Shown here piece by piece: positions 49,930 through 62,572 of a stretch of 64,000 nucleotides of DNA. How positions within the stretch are numbered: the first letter of the stretch is position 1; each line of letters starts with the position of its first letter. Under the pieces are notes generated by a model that did not search any database, was not told where the DNA came from, and was given only the letters and a program-made list of their open reading frames with translations. The stretch is from Octopus vulgaris (lineage: Eukaryota). The translations under genes were made by a program, and so were the position numbers. The stretch is from assembly GCA_951406725.2 (NCBI GenBank), contig OX597824.1, positions 72,726,001 through 72,790,000 on the forward strand, given 5' to 3'.

Positions 49930-50102
49930 GTATTTATTTATTTATTTATTTATTTATGTATGTATGTATGTATGTATGTATGTATGTATGTATGTATGTA
50001 TGTATGTATGTATGTATGTATGTATGTATGTATGTATGTATGTATGTATGTATGTATGTATGTATGTATGTATGTATGTATGTATGTATGTATGTATGTA
50101 TG

Positions 50103-50134
<32 letters not shown>

Positions 50135-50346
50135 TGTATGTATGTATGTATGTATGTATGTATGTATGTGTGTATGTATGTATGTATATGTGTGTGTATG
50201 TATGTATGTATGTATATGTGTGTGTATGTATGTATGTGTGTGTATGTATGTATGTGTGTATGTATGTATGTATATGTGTGTGTATGTATGTATGTATGTA
50301 TGTATATGTGTGTGTGTATGTATGTATGTATGTATGTATGTATGTA
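49930..50346. repeat. (TATT)n/(TATG)n/(TG) compound microsatellite
   Basis: Seen directly in the sequence. Confidence 0.95.
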
Positions 50347-50622
50347 GGCAGGCAGGCTCAAGGTACCTGCTACCCGGGCAGTCGCTCGGGGTGCCAGATG
50401 CTTTTTAGTCTACATGTAGCCCCAATGATGTCATGTTATCTCTGAATTCACACTTTATTACTAATATGCATACATGTTCACGCGAGAGGGATAAAGAATG
50501 AGATTGTGTGGGGGGTTATATAATATTTTTGTACAACACACGTAACGTGCGCATGAACCAGAGAATATATATCCTTTTTAGTAAGTTTGACTAAATACGT
50601 ATATTTGATTTGAAATCTCTTT

Positions 50623-50686
<64 letters not shown>

Positions 50687-50966
50687 GGTATTCATGTTAT
50701 TAGTGTTAATGGCAATAACATACATCTACTTCATGTATCGAAATCAATTTTATTTATTTATTTATTTACTTGCGAATTAGTAAATAAACAGTTAAACTAT
50801 AAACACTTGTGAGGCGGAATCGGACTTTCAGAATCGCTATAACTGCAGAACAGAGAAGGGAAAAGGCAAAGAATTAGGTGATTTTAGGTTTTGCGAAAGA
50901 AATTTTGGCATCGTTGTCCTATAGCAATGTAACTGTGTGTGTGTGTGTATATATATATATTGTTGT

Positions 50967-51054
<88 letters not shown>

Positions 51055-51617
51055 GGAAATGAGGTAATCAGAAGATCGGATGGTTCATATTTACAGATAT
51101 TTATTTATATATTACATTTTTTACATATATATCATATCATTCAGATCATTAGCGCTTTCTCCCATTCTAGTGGGGTTTTCAAATCAAAATATATATATAT
51201 ATATATAATGTATACACGCGCGCGCACCCACATATATATGTAGTAGAGAGAGAGAGGTGTTATTCTAAAATATTCATTATATGTCTGCTACCCGCTTCCT
51301 AAACCTCTGCCGTAGATCCGGAAAACCTACAACACGCAAACAATAGTGTTAACTTACCACCCGACAAATAACTGGATATCGTTTTGTATTCCGAATAGTA
51401 TTATCTATTAAACCCTAATTTTAAAAATGTAACTAATATTTTTTTCTGTTTACATATGTTGACAATATAAATGTGGGTGAAAATTGATGGTAAATTTTTC
51501 TTTAAATCGTAGGCAATTTTCCGAGCCCCCCCCCCCCCCCCCGTTTGTCAGCGCGCTTTTTTTTCGTCATATTCCTTCAATATACGATGCCTTACAACTG
51601 TTACACATTTTCGTTTC

Positions 51618-51667
51618 CATTTTTCCCACCGGGTGCGGATCTCATTTTTCCCACCGGGTGCGGATCT
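51618..51667. repeat. Exact 25-bp tandem duplication upstream of the SRD5A gene
   Basis: CATTTTTCCCACCGGGTGCGGATCT twice. Confidence 0.9.
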
Positions 51668-52084
51668 AGATATTAACCACATACTTTATTTCTTTTCGAC
51701 ATCGTAAAACTTCTTTTTGTGTCTAGGGAGAGTAATTATAAACTATTTGCACTTATGAGATGTAAATAAAAGCGAAGTAAACATGCTTGTTTAGTAAAAA
51801 AGAGAAAGATAACTATGATTCTCATGTAAGTAATAATAAAAACACATTTCGTTTCTTATTGCTTTTTGTTTTTGTTTTTTTCTTTAATAATTCTGGTATA
51901 TGTTTATATTCTTTTATACAGGATGTGAAATCGAAACCTTTAGAAACAAGCCTAATTACCTCACAAAACAACACGCCTATTTAACGTGCACACGCAAAGT
52001 ATTGCCAAGCCAGAAGTTGTGTCACGATCCGCAGGAATCAACACCAACCTCAATCGTCGATAGTAAATCCGAAGAGAAGACAAA

Positions 52085-52377
52085 ATGTTGGAAACTTTAC
52101 TTGGCGACGACAGAGAACTTTTGAAACGTATTAGTATATTCTTTCACATTTGGGCAGTGATAACATTCGTAGTGCTCTTCCTAATTCCGGCACCCTATGG
52201 TCGCTATTCTTCTCGCGTTTGGGGTTACTTAATTAATTGCAAGGTTGCTTGGGTTGTACAAGAATCGCCTTGCCTCTGGCTCCCCGCGTGTCTCTTTCTA
52301 TTCGCCGACTCACCCCAGTTGAAAGAATGGCCCAACAGAATCCTTGTATGCCTTTTTCTGTTGCATTATTTCCAAAG
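52085..52377 (+). CDS. SRD5A1: 3-oxo-5-alpha-steroid 4-dehydrogenase (steroid 5-alpha-reductase 1/2-like), first coding exon
   Basis: Motifs APYGRY, AWVVQESP and N..L...FLLHYFQR, with hydrophobic TM segments. ATG in AAAATG context. Donor AG|GTAACG in phase 2 after 293 nt. Exon 2 was not found in the window. The symbol denotes the family (SRD5A1/2); orthology is untested. Confidence 0.93.
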
Positions 52378-52971
52378 GTAACGTTGTCTTTTACTGTCCA
52401 TGTTTGTATATTTATGCTAATGCTAAACAAAAATTATGTAATCATTCATTACATCTGCTTACTTTGATATTTTCCTTCATCGCTGTCGTCTGTCTGTGTA
52501 TCTGCCTCTCTTTCATTTACTCTTTCTTTCTCTCTCTCTCCCTTTCTTACTCTCTCTCTCTCTCTCTCTCTTTCTATCTCACTCATCGTCGCACGCGCGC
52601 ACTATGTATGTTTATTCTTGAAGTTTTGAATTGAAAACATCATTTCTGTTTTATTTAACAGGTAACATTTTAGATTAAAATTTTCATCAGATATTAACAT
52701 ATTTCACTTACATGCCCACACATTATTATTACCACGATCATAAAATTATAATACTATAACTACACTTTTCTTATTTTCGTTTTTTACACGATTTATATAT
52801 TAATACCTCTGTGTTATTTCATTTATTTTGCAATCTGTCCTCATGTTTTGAGCCCACGCAGTCAAAACTAAGAAAACATTAAAACCACCACCACCACCAC
52901 CTCCATCATCATCATCATCATCATCATCACACCAACATGCCGTACTGTCAAAAATGCCAGCAGTTTATTAA

Positions 52972-53317
52972 CCCTTTAGCATTCAGATTACTCTGTCAAA
53001 TGTAACAATTATTTAGTCACATTGTTTTGAGGCCAGATCAGGTTTCTCACACCTACCCGGCAATGCCATTCCAAAAAAAAATATATGAACCATCACATCA
53101 TTGAAATCTCAAAACTGTAAGATAATAATAATATAATAATTATTATTATTATATTATTATTATCTTACAGTTTTGAGATTTCAATGATGTGATGGTTCGT
53201 ATATTTTTTTTTTGGAATGGCATTGCCAGGTAGGTGTGAGAAACCTGATCTGGCCAGTTTGAACATAAATCAGATAGAATATTTGGGCTGGATATTGCTG
53301 GTTTGAATACTAAAAGG
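52972..53317. mobile_element. piggyBac-type MITE containing a long palindrome
   Basis: TTAA|CCCTTTAGCATTCA ... TGAATACTAAAAGG|TTAA. Confidence 0.85.
53031..53255. repeat. Near-perfect 225-bp palindrome
   Basis: ~110-bp arms around a 4-nt loop (53141-53144), with two CpG/TpG transitions and one homopolymer indel. Confidence 0.95.
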
Positions 53318-54070
53318 TTAATGATAGAAAATCTCACATAAAAACAATGGGAGAAACCAAAAGAAATGTCAGCAATTAAGTAAATATATATGTACATACA
53401 CAGAGTGAAGGCATATGGCTTAGTAGTTAGGGTATCTGGTTCACAATCGTAAGGTCATGAGTTCAATTCTGGCGACTTTATTTCACGTTGCTCCAGCCCA
53501 CTCAGCTGTACCTGTATTTTAAAGGGCTACTGAGGACTACAGTAAGGTTATATGTGTCTGTGGAGTGCTCAGCTATATAATAATGAAATTATTGTATACA
53601 GTGCTCAGGTGCACCACAATAATAATGAAATAATAATGAAATTATTTTAATATTACTGGTTACTCGTTTTATCAAACATGGATAGGATGGAAGGCAATAT
53701 GAAGCAATCCATAACCATAAAATGAAAAAAAATCGAAATTTATAACACGGAAATATACATATATATACAGTTAGAGATAGATATAATCGTAATAAAACAT
53801 AAATACATTAAAGGATACAGCATAAGAATTTGCATCTCTTTTTCTTTCTGTTTCATTTTTTTTAGTAGTGTTAACAGCCCCATCACCGCACAGACATACC
53901 GAATGAACAATCCCGGTAATTAATAGCAGAAATATTTATCCGTCGGAATCCGACAACAAAACAACTGAGTGTCACTCGAGAAGCGAGTGGTATGTTAATT
54001 TCACGAGCAGGCTGTTCCCTTGACTGGATCAATTGGAACTCTCATTCTCATAACTGAGAGCCAAGAGATC

Positions 54071-54207
54071 TTCCAGCCGTAGAAACATTGCCAGATCAGA
54101 CTGGGCCTGGTGCAGCCTTCTGGCTTCTCAGACCCCAGTTGAACCGTCCAACCCATGCTAGCATGGAAAGCGGACGCTAAATGATGATGATGATGATGAT
54201 GATGATG
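54071..54207 (+). mobile_element. Family D 3' fragment
   Basis: Nearly identical to 28560-28680; (GAT)n tail. Confidence 0.8.
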
Positions 54208-54369
54208 AAGCACTACCATAATCAGATACACATACAGACACACTCATGCATATATACATGAAACATTAACTTTTTAATACTCATATGAATCAGATGGATA
54301 TTGTATAGCCAGATGCCATTCTCGTTGCCAACCCCCTGCTGTTTTTAAGTAATGTTACATTTCACAAGA

Positions 54370-54546
54370 GGCACAGGAGTGGCTGTGTGGTAAGTAGCTT
54401 GCTTACGAACCACATGGTTCCGGGTTCAGTCCCACTGCATGGCACCTTGGGCAAGTGTCTTCTACTATTGCCTCGGTCCGCCAAAGCCTTGTGACTGGAT
54501 TTGGTAGACGGAAACTGAAAGAAGCCCTCGTATATATATATATATT

Positions 54547-54585
<39 letters not shown>

Positions 54586-54790
54586 GTGTGTATGTTTGTG
54601 TGTCTGTTTGTCCCCCTAACATCACTTGATAACCAATGCCGATGTGTTTACATCCCCGTCACTTAGCGGTTTGGCAAAAAAGACCGATAGAATAAGTACT
54701 AGGCTTACAAAGAATAAGTCCTGGGGTTGATTTCCTCGACTAAAGGCAGTGCCCCAGCATGGCCACAGTCAAATAACTGAAACAAATAAA
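54370..54790 (+). mobile_element. SINE family A
   Basis: Full-length match to the family. Confidence 0.9.
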
Positions 54791-55013
54791 AGAAAAAAAT
54801 AAAGAATGCCCAGACATGGAAAATTGGAAAGAAAGAACACTTCTTTTAAGACAATGGCACTCTACTCTCTTACAACTGTTGCCTGATGTCAAGGCAAGAA
54901 GACAGTAAAACACACACACACACACACACACACACAAGTTGAATTGTTAGTGCAACTATGCTGTTCTGGTGATCTCATGAGCTAGCTTCCTTTATTTTTG
55001 TAAATATACAATT

Positions 55014-55541
55014 GTGAAGGTGCATGGCTCAGTGGTTAGAGCATCAAGCTTATGATTGTGAGGTTGTGAGTTCAAATCCTGGACTGGGCTGCGTGTTGTG
55101 TTCTTGAGCAAGACACTTTATTTCACGTTGCTCCAGTTCACTCAGCTGTAGAAATGAGTTGCGACGTCACAGGTGCCAAGCTGTATCGGCCCCCTTGCTT
55201 TTCTCTCACTCTTCTTTCCTGTTTCTGTTGTACCTGTATTTGAAAGGGCTAGCCTTGTCACACTCTGTGACATGCTGAATCTCCCCGAGAACTACGTTAA
55301 GGGTACACATGTCTGTGGAGTGCTCAGCCACTTGCACGTTAATGAATGAGTTGCGACGTCACTGGTGCCAAGCTGCATTGGCCTTTACCTTTCCCTTGGA
55401 TAACATCGGTGGTGTGGAGAGGGTAGGCTGGTATGCGTGAGTGACTGCTGGTCTTCCATAAACAACCTTGCCCAGACTTGTGGCTCGGAGGGTAACTTTC
55501 TAGGTGCAATCCCACGGTCAGTCATGACCAAAGGGGGTCTC
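55014..55541 (+). mobile_element. Composite SINE (family C-related body fused to a second 3' module)
   Basis: tRNA-like head, family C body, then the junction GCACGTTAAT|GAATGAGTTGCGAC and a different tail. Confidence 0.75.
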
Positions 55542-55936
55542 AGCTACAATTGTATAATACTGAGCATACATATTAATTCAAACATTTAAGCATAATTTCT
55601 TCCACACTGAAGAAGGTTGCAGAAACTGCCTAAATCCTGAGGCTTGGTTGAAAAGAGAAAAAAAGAAAGAAAAAAAGAAAGAAAGAAGGAAAGGAAGAAA
55701 ACAGCTGGGTAACAGGACAACTGCCCCAAAATACAAGGCAATTTCAACCATTCCAGAATAAGATCCCTTTATTCCTTTGTTTGTTTGTTTATTTCATTTT
55801 TATTTTTCTTCTTGTCTTTTTTTTTTCTCTCAAACCAAACTTCCAAAAATTCACCACACACATATTTACACACACATATTTACACACACATACATACATG
55901 CACATGCATACTTGCATCCACATATGCAAACACACG

Positions 55937-55967
<31 letters not shown>

Positions 55968-56434
55968 GTATATATACATGTATGTTTGTGTATGTGTGTG
56001 TGTATATATATATGCTAATACAATGAAACCAGGGTTGCTAATTTAGCATGTTTTATGCTAGATCTAGCACTTTTTTTCAGCATTTAGCAGAAAATTTTTG
56101 AATTGAGCATTTAGCTCAGGAAATAGCAGGTTTAAAATTTTATTTAGCATTTTTTAGCATTTTTCTCTGATCATGACATTTCCACCATAGTTACTCCTTT
56201 TTCTTCTTTTTCCTCCTTTTCTACTTTCGTTAAAGTACCTTACAGCCAAATTTTAGTACTATCGGCTATTGTTGAATTTTTCTTTCACTTTCATGAAACT
56301 TAAAATGAAAGTTTTCCAAAGGAAATTTATCAAATTATGATCTTTTCCAGCCCCCTCCCCCCGGATACAGAATGGTGCTTGTGTATGTGGGGGGTGGGGT
56401 GGAGATAACTCATGTCAGCACCAGAACTCACTAT

Positions 56435-57073
56435 ATCATCATCATCATCATCGTCGTTTAACATCCGCTTTCCATGCTAGCATGGGTTGGACGATTTGAC
56501 TGAGGTCTGGTGAACCAGATGGCTGCACCAAACTCCAATCTGATCTGGCAGAGTTTCTACAGCTTGATGCCCTTCCTAACGCCAACCACTCCGAGAGTGT
56601 AGGGGGTGCTTTTACATGCCACCAGCATGAGGGCCAGTCAGGCAATACTGGCAATGGCCATGCTCAAATGGTGCTTTTTATGTGCCACCTGCCCAGGAGC
56701 CAGTCCAGCAGCACTGGCAATGACCTCACTCGAATGTTTTTTCCCATGCCACCAGCACAAGTGCCAGTAAGGCGACACGGGTAATGATCACGCTCGAATG
56801 GTGTTTTTTACATGCCATCAGCACAGAGGCCAGCTTGTTACTCTGGCAACAATCTCACTCGTATGGTACTCTTAGCGCTCCACTAGCACGGATGCCAGTC
56901 ATCGAATTTGATTTCGATTTCACTTGCCTCAACAGGTCTTCGCAAGCAGAGTTTAGTGTCCAATGAAGGAAAGGTATGCATAAGTGGACTGGTTACACCT
57001 CTGGCATAGGCCACAAGGTTATGGTCTCACTTGAGCTTGCCGAGTCTTCTCAAGCACAGCGTATTTCCAAAGG
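56435..57073 (-). mobile_element. Family D retroelement nested in the hAT
   Basis: Colinear with 3678-4180 and longer. Possible TSD CACTATA at ~56429 and ~57490. Confidence 0.82.
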
Positions 57074-57084
57074 TCCCAGTAACT

Positions 57085-57475
57085 GATGGATGGAAGCACT
57101 CCGTCGGTTACGACGACGAGGGTTCCGGTTGATCTGAATCAACGGAACAGCCTGCTCGTGAAATTAACGTGTAAGTGGCTGGGCACTTCACAGACACGTG
57201 TACCCTTAACGTAGTTCTCGGGGATATTCAGCATGACACAGAGAGTGACAAGGCCGGCCCTTTGAAATACAGGTACAACAGAAACAGGAAGTAAGAGTGA
57301 GAGAAAGTTGTGGTGAAAGAGTACAGCAGGGATCACCACCATCCCCTGCCGGATCCTCGTGGAGCTTTAGGTGTTTTCGCTCAATAAACACTCACAACGC
57401 CCGGTCTGGGAATCGAAACCGCGATCCTATGACCGCGAGTCCGCTGCCCTAACCACTGGGCCATTGCACCTCCAC
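57085..57475 (-). mobile_element. Full-length SINE family C nested in the family D copy
   Basis: TSD TCCCAGT(A/C)ACT at 57074-57084 and 57476-57486. Confidence 0.9.
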
Positions 57476-57749
57476 TCCCAGTCACTAGTCACTATATAAT
57501 AATGTAAATATGTTGCAAAGAATGAAAGACTGGAATGATTTATTCTGTAGTGATGAGTTTTTATCATGACAAGTTGACTGATTTACTTTCAGTTTGACTG
57601 TTTTAAAATAGGCCTCTGTTTTTTTATGCTGACATAAGAATTGTTAATGGCAAATGAAAGAGTTGTTAGCTGCAAACTGATAAGTTGTATTTTCAATTTT
57701 ATATTTTTATTAATCATTCAATTTATTTCTTGCTTCTCACTACATTATA

Positions 57750-59600
57750 ATGAGCAAAGAAAAAACAAAGTTGTACCAGCAAAAATTCCGAAAGAATGGC
57801 TTAAGATGCCAGCATTTACTAAGTGGTTGTGTGAAGTACCTAAAGCACATTGCAGATATTGTAGATGTAATATGTTGGCAAAATATTCTCTTTTAGTAAG
57901 CCACTGTGAAGCAAAGAAACATAAGGCATCAACTCCACAGCAAATGATTCCTCTTACCAATTTTATTGAAGCCAAAAATGATAAGATATCTATGCTTGAA
58001 GCAAATTTAGCAATGTTTATTTGTTGCCATTCATCATTTAATAACTGTGATCACTTAATAGAGTTATGTAAGAATTATATGTCTGATAGTGATATTATGT
58101 CCAAAGTGAAGTTGCATCGTACAAAATGTGCAAATATCGTGAGAAATGTTATAGTTCCATATTTTGATGGAGATTTAATTTCTGATATAGGAAATACAAA
58201 ATTTAGCCTGTTATTAGATGAATCCAAATGATATATCAATAAACAAATTGTTAGGAAAGTGGTACATACATATCTCAACATATGATGCAGATGGCATTGT
58301 AGATACCTTAAAAACTGAATTAGCAGAAAAGAAATTAGATATAAAAAATTTACTGGGTATAGGAACTGCTAATGCTAGAGTAACGACAGGAGTCATCAAT
58401 GGTGTTTTCCAGAAATTAAAAGAAGTTCCATCATTACTTCTATTTAGATGTGTATGTCATTCTTTACAGTTGGCAGTATCCCACACTTGTGCTGAATGCT
58501 TGCCATAAATTTAGAAGTTTTAGTGTCCAAAACCTATAAATGATTTTGTCATTCTTCAACAAGACAAGTGCCTACAAACAACTTTACCTTGTTATCAATG
58601 ATAAAGAGCCTTTGAAGATTGTGAATTCTTGTACAACTAGGTGGCTGTCAATAGAACCAGCTGTAAATAGAATTTTAAGCCAATGGTTTGAATTGCAAAC
58701 TCACTTCCAAACTACAGCTACAAAAGAAAAGTACTTTACAGCACAAACATTACATAAAATGTTTTGTGATTCTGGGAATGAACTTTAACTTTTATTTTTA
58801 CATCCAATTTTAAAACATGTTCAGGAAGTGAGTAAACTGTTTGAATCAAACACTGTCAACAAAACAAAATTACTTGAAGATCTTTCAAATTTGATCAAAT
58901 CTGTTGCTAATATGATAGTGTTGCCAACATGTAGAATTGATCCTCTTGATCCGGATGCTTCTACTGAAAAATTTCTGGATCCTAAACCAAATTTAGGCTA
59001 CAGGTTCAAGAGAAAGATAGCAGAAATGATTATCAAGAAGACTGTAACAGCCACCAAAGAAAATAATATTCGCAAAAGAGCACAACAATTTTTACTCTGC
59101 CTTTATAAAGAGCTCAAGCACTGTTTGCCAGGAAATATTAATATACTGAGGAATATCAAATGTTTTTCCTTAGAGAATATTTTGCAGCATTTCAAAGAAC
59201 CAATTTTACCTGTCTTAGAACCAATGCTTTTAAATGAAGAAAGAATTGCTTCAAATGAAATTCACTTTAATAGCATTCATTTAGTTAAATGGACAAATAC
59301 ATTTAATACTGAGGCATTCTGGCTGGAAGTCTTAGAATATAAAGATGCTACTGGAGGAAATCCTTTTAGAGATGTTGCAAATTTTGCCAATAATCTCTTG
59401 ACTCAAATGCAGAAATTGAACGGTTGTTCAGTTGTATGGGTGTAATCAAATCAAAATTGAAAAACAAAATGCATCTTCCTATGATCAAATCAATACAGTT
59501 TATAAAATAAGGCCTGAAAAGATATGGCAAATGTTGCAAAAACTTTGATATTCCAAAACACATTATTAACAAAATTGGGACCTTGAATGTATACAGAAGT
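57750..59600 (+). pseudogene. Degenerate hAT transposase (ZNF862-like)
   Basis: Zn finger WL...AHCRYC...H....KH, FSLLLDES, RCVCHSLQL (CxxH), TRWLS, and C-terminal NAEIERLFS..IKSKLKNKM. Several stops and frameshifts. Confidence 0.88.
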
Positions 59601-60243
59601 CAAGACCTAGGTACCACAGCTGAAAGTGATCAAATCAGTAAAATTCAAGAAATAATTTCTCAATACTGAATATAATTAAAGAAAGTAAATAAAAATTAAG
59701 GTTTTTGACATAATTAGTCTTTAGCATTCTTTTTTCTTATTTAGCAATTTTTAGTATTTTTTTTTTGGTATTTTTTCTACTGAAATTTAGCATAGAATTG
59801 TGATTTAAAGTTGGCAACACTGAATGAAACAGCTGTCAGCTTTATAAGGTGGGATCTATAATAAAGATACAATTTCCTCTGTATATATTTTTTGTTGTCA
59901 GATACTCTGAATTTCTTGAAATTCTGCTGAAGGAATTTTGTGCATAAGGATTTACCTGGGATATGTATTCTACTTACATTTACTGGTATCTGATTGTTAA
60001 ATATTTATAACCAAATTCTTTTAATACTGGGTGCTTTATTTAATATCTGCCAGGAATTTTTAATCCCATTTTTTTTACACACACACACACACGCACACAC
60101 ACACATTCAAAATTACAAAGAACATCCTTTTCCCAGAAAGTGAAAAATAAATAATTTTTATCCAAAATCCTGACTACCTCCTGTTTCTTAATATATAAAA
60201 CTTGTACATCGCTTCAGACAATCCACACACACATGTACAATGC

Positions 60244-60274
<31 letters not shown>

Positions 60275-60284
60275 TCTACAACGC

Positions 60285-60325
<41 letters not shown>

Positions 60326-60865
60326 GGTGCGTGTATGCATGTATGTAGGTGGATCAGGATATATAATCATGAGGTATAGAGGTATACCCATGGAGGATGT
60401 CTATCTGAAAATTGAAAGATGTGTGTGTAAGTGTACAGGGAGTGGTGAATAAACTGTCGTCTCAATTACTCAAATAATAACACTGAATTCTCATTTTAAT
60501 AGATATATTTACTAAAATTACATAAAAATATTTTGAAACTAGCAGAGATACCTGGCCTTGCTTGGGATTAAAATGGTATAGGTTTTTTTTATTGTTTTAC
60601 TTGTTTCAGTCATGTGACTGCGGCCATGCTGGAGCACCGCCTTTGGTTTAAAAAAATCAACCACAGGATTTATTCCTTGTAAGCCTAGTACTTATTCTAT
60701 CGGTGTCTTTTGCTAAACTGCTAAGTTATGGGGATGTAAACACACCAGCAACATCGGTTGTCAAGCAATGGTGGAGGTACACACACACACATACACATAC
60801 GCATACACACAAATATACACATATAAACAACAGTCTTTCTACACACACATATGTGTGTGTATGTA

Positions 60866-60937
<72 letters not shown>

Positions 60938-61081
60938 TATATTTACACACATACACATACAGACACACACACACACATAAACATATATATATCAAATTGG
61001 AGCCCTCAAACCATTGAATCCATACCAGCATGGAATAGCGGACGTTAAATGAAGACAATGATATATATATATATATATATT

Positions 61082-61595
61082 GTGACCCCCATCGGTCATG
61101 ACTGACCATGGGATTGCACCTAGAAAGTTACCCTCCCAGGCACAAGTCTGGGCAAGATTGTTTTATGGAAGACCAGCAGTCACTCACGCATACCAGCCTA
61201 CCCTCTCCACACCACCGATGTTATCCAAGGGAAAGGTAAAGGCCTATGCAGCTTGGCACCAGTGATGTCGCAACTCATTCATTAACGTGCAAGTGGCTGA
61301 GCACTCCACAGACATGTGTACCCTTAACGTAGTTCTCGGGGAGATTCAGCATGTCACAGAGTGTGACAAGGCTGGCCCTTTCAAATACAGGTACAACAGA
61401 AACAGAAAAGAAGAGTGAGAGAGAAAGTTGTGATGAAATAGTACAGTAAGTTTCACACACCCCCTTCCCCCTACCGGAACCTCATGGAACTTTAGGTGTT
61501 TTTGCTCAATAAACACAATGCCCGGTCAGGGAATCGAAACCGCGATCCTACGACCGCGAGTCCACTGCCCTAACCACTGGGCCATTGTGCCTCCA
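61082..61595 (-). mobile_element. Composite SINE sharing its junction with 55014-55541
   Basis: Reverse complement of 55201-55541 over ~340 bp, including the same chimeric junction. Confidence 0.8.
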
Positions 61596-61614
61596 CACAC
61601 ACACATATACATAC

Positions 61615-61926
61615 ATATCACCGTGATCACCATGACCGACCAGGCTATCAGATGTTACTACACATCGCTAGTCAGAATGCGCTTCGCATTGTTTTTTTAG
61701 CCTTCAAATGATGTGACCCCGCGGGCTAAGCGAGCAGGCCAACAGAAGAAAGAGTGAGGGAAAGTTGTGGTGAAAGAGTACAGCAGGGATCGCCACCACC
61801 CCCTGCCGGAGCCTCATGCAGCTTTAGGTGTTTTCGCTCAATAAACTCTCACAATGCCCGGGGAATCGAAACGGCGATCCTACGACCGCAAGTCCGCTGC
61901 CCTAACCACTGGGCCATTGCGCCTCC
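61615..61926 (-). mobile_element. SINE with family C head and an alternative 3' tail
   Basis: Head at 61745-61926 matches family C; 61615-61745 differs from other copies. Confidence 0.7.
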
Positions 61927-61927
61927 T

Positions 61928-61979
<52 letters not shown>

Positions 61980-61981
<2 letters not shown>

Positions 61982-62572
61982 ACCTCACCTGGAATTTGCA
62001 TCACCGGTCTGGAACCCCTATCTTGCTCAGGATATCAATCGTCTGGAAGCTGTTCAGTGACGTGCAACCAAAAGAATACCCTCCATCAGGCATTTGTCAT
62101 ATCCTGAACGCCTTACTTCCCTGGGCATGGACACATTGAAACTCCGACGTCTGGCAGCTGACTTGGCAGATACCCATAAAATTATCAACCATCGTACAAA
62201 CAATAACTCTGAGCACCTTTTCAAACTCCACCCATCTAACACCCGTGGACATATTTACAAAGTAAGAAAACAGCACAGCTCCCATGACTTCAGGAAACAT
62301 TTTTTTACGCTGAGAGTTGCTGAAGCATGGAACAAACTGCCGGCATCAGTTGTTAGTTGTCGGAGCACTGCATCCTTCAAAACTTCCATGCTTCCTGAGA
62401 TTCGCCAACACTACACTTGATTTTCTCCTCTCCATACACACACAGGCATGTATCTGACTCATACATTGTTCGCTTTCCAGACATTTCCACATTACTGCAT
62501 GTACTTTATATGCACTTTCTGACAAGTTGTGGTGCACCTGAGCGCTGTATACAATAATTTCATTATTATTAT
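61980..62572 (+). mobile_element. CR1-clade LINE 3' end (end of ORF2 plus 3' UTR)
   Basis: RPHLEFASPVWNPY...LEAVQ*RATK...SYPERL..LG..TLKLRR...NTRGH..K...FFTLRVAEAWNKLP, followed by an (ATT)n tail. Confidence 0.92.

Larger units (their letters stand above)
56030..59822 (+). mobile_element. hAT transposon with both termini and a perfect 8-bp TSD
   Basis: TIRs CAGGGTTGCTAA / TTGGCAACACTG. TSD AATGAAAC at 56022-56029 and 59823-59830. Subterminal TTTAGCA repeats occur at both ends. Confidence 0.93.

Noticed and set aside
44449-50445. Long (MYVC)n and (HTYI)n ORFs
   Set aside because: Translations of (TATG)n arrays.
57641-59445. Possible domesticated ZNF862/ZBED-like host gene
   Set aside because: Multiple stops and frameshifts, and it lies between TIRs with a TSD, so it is a dead transposon.
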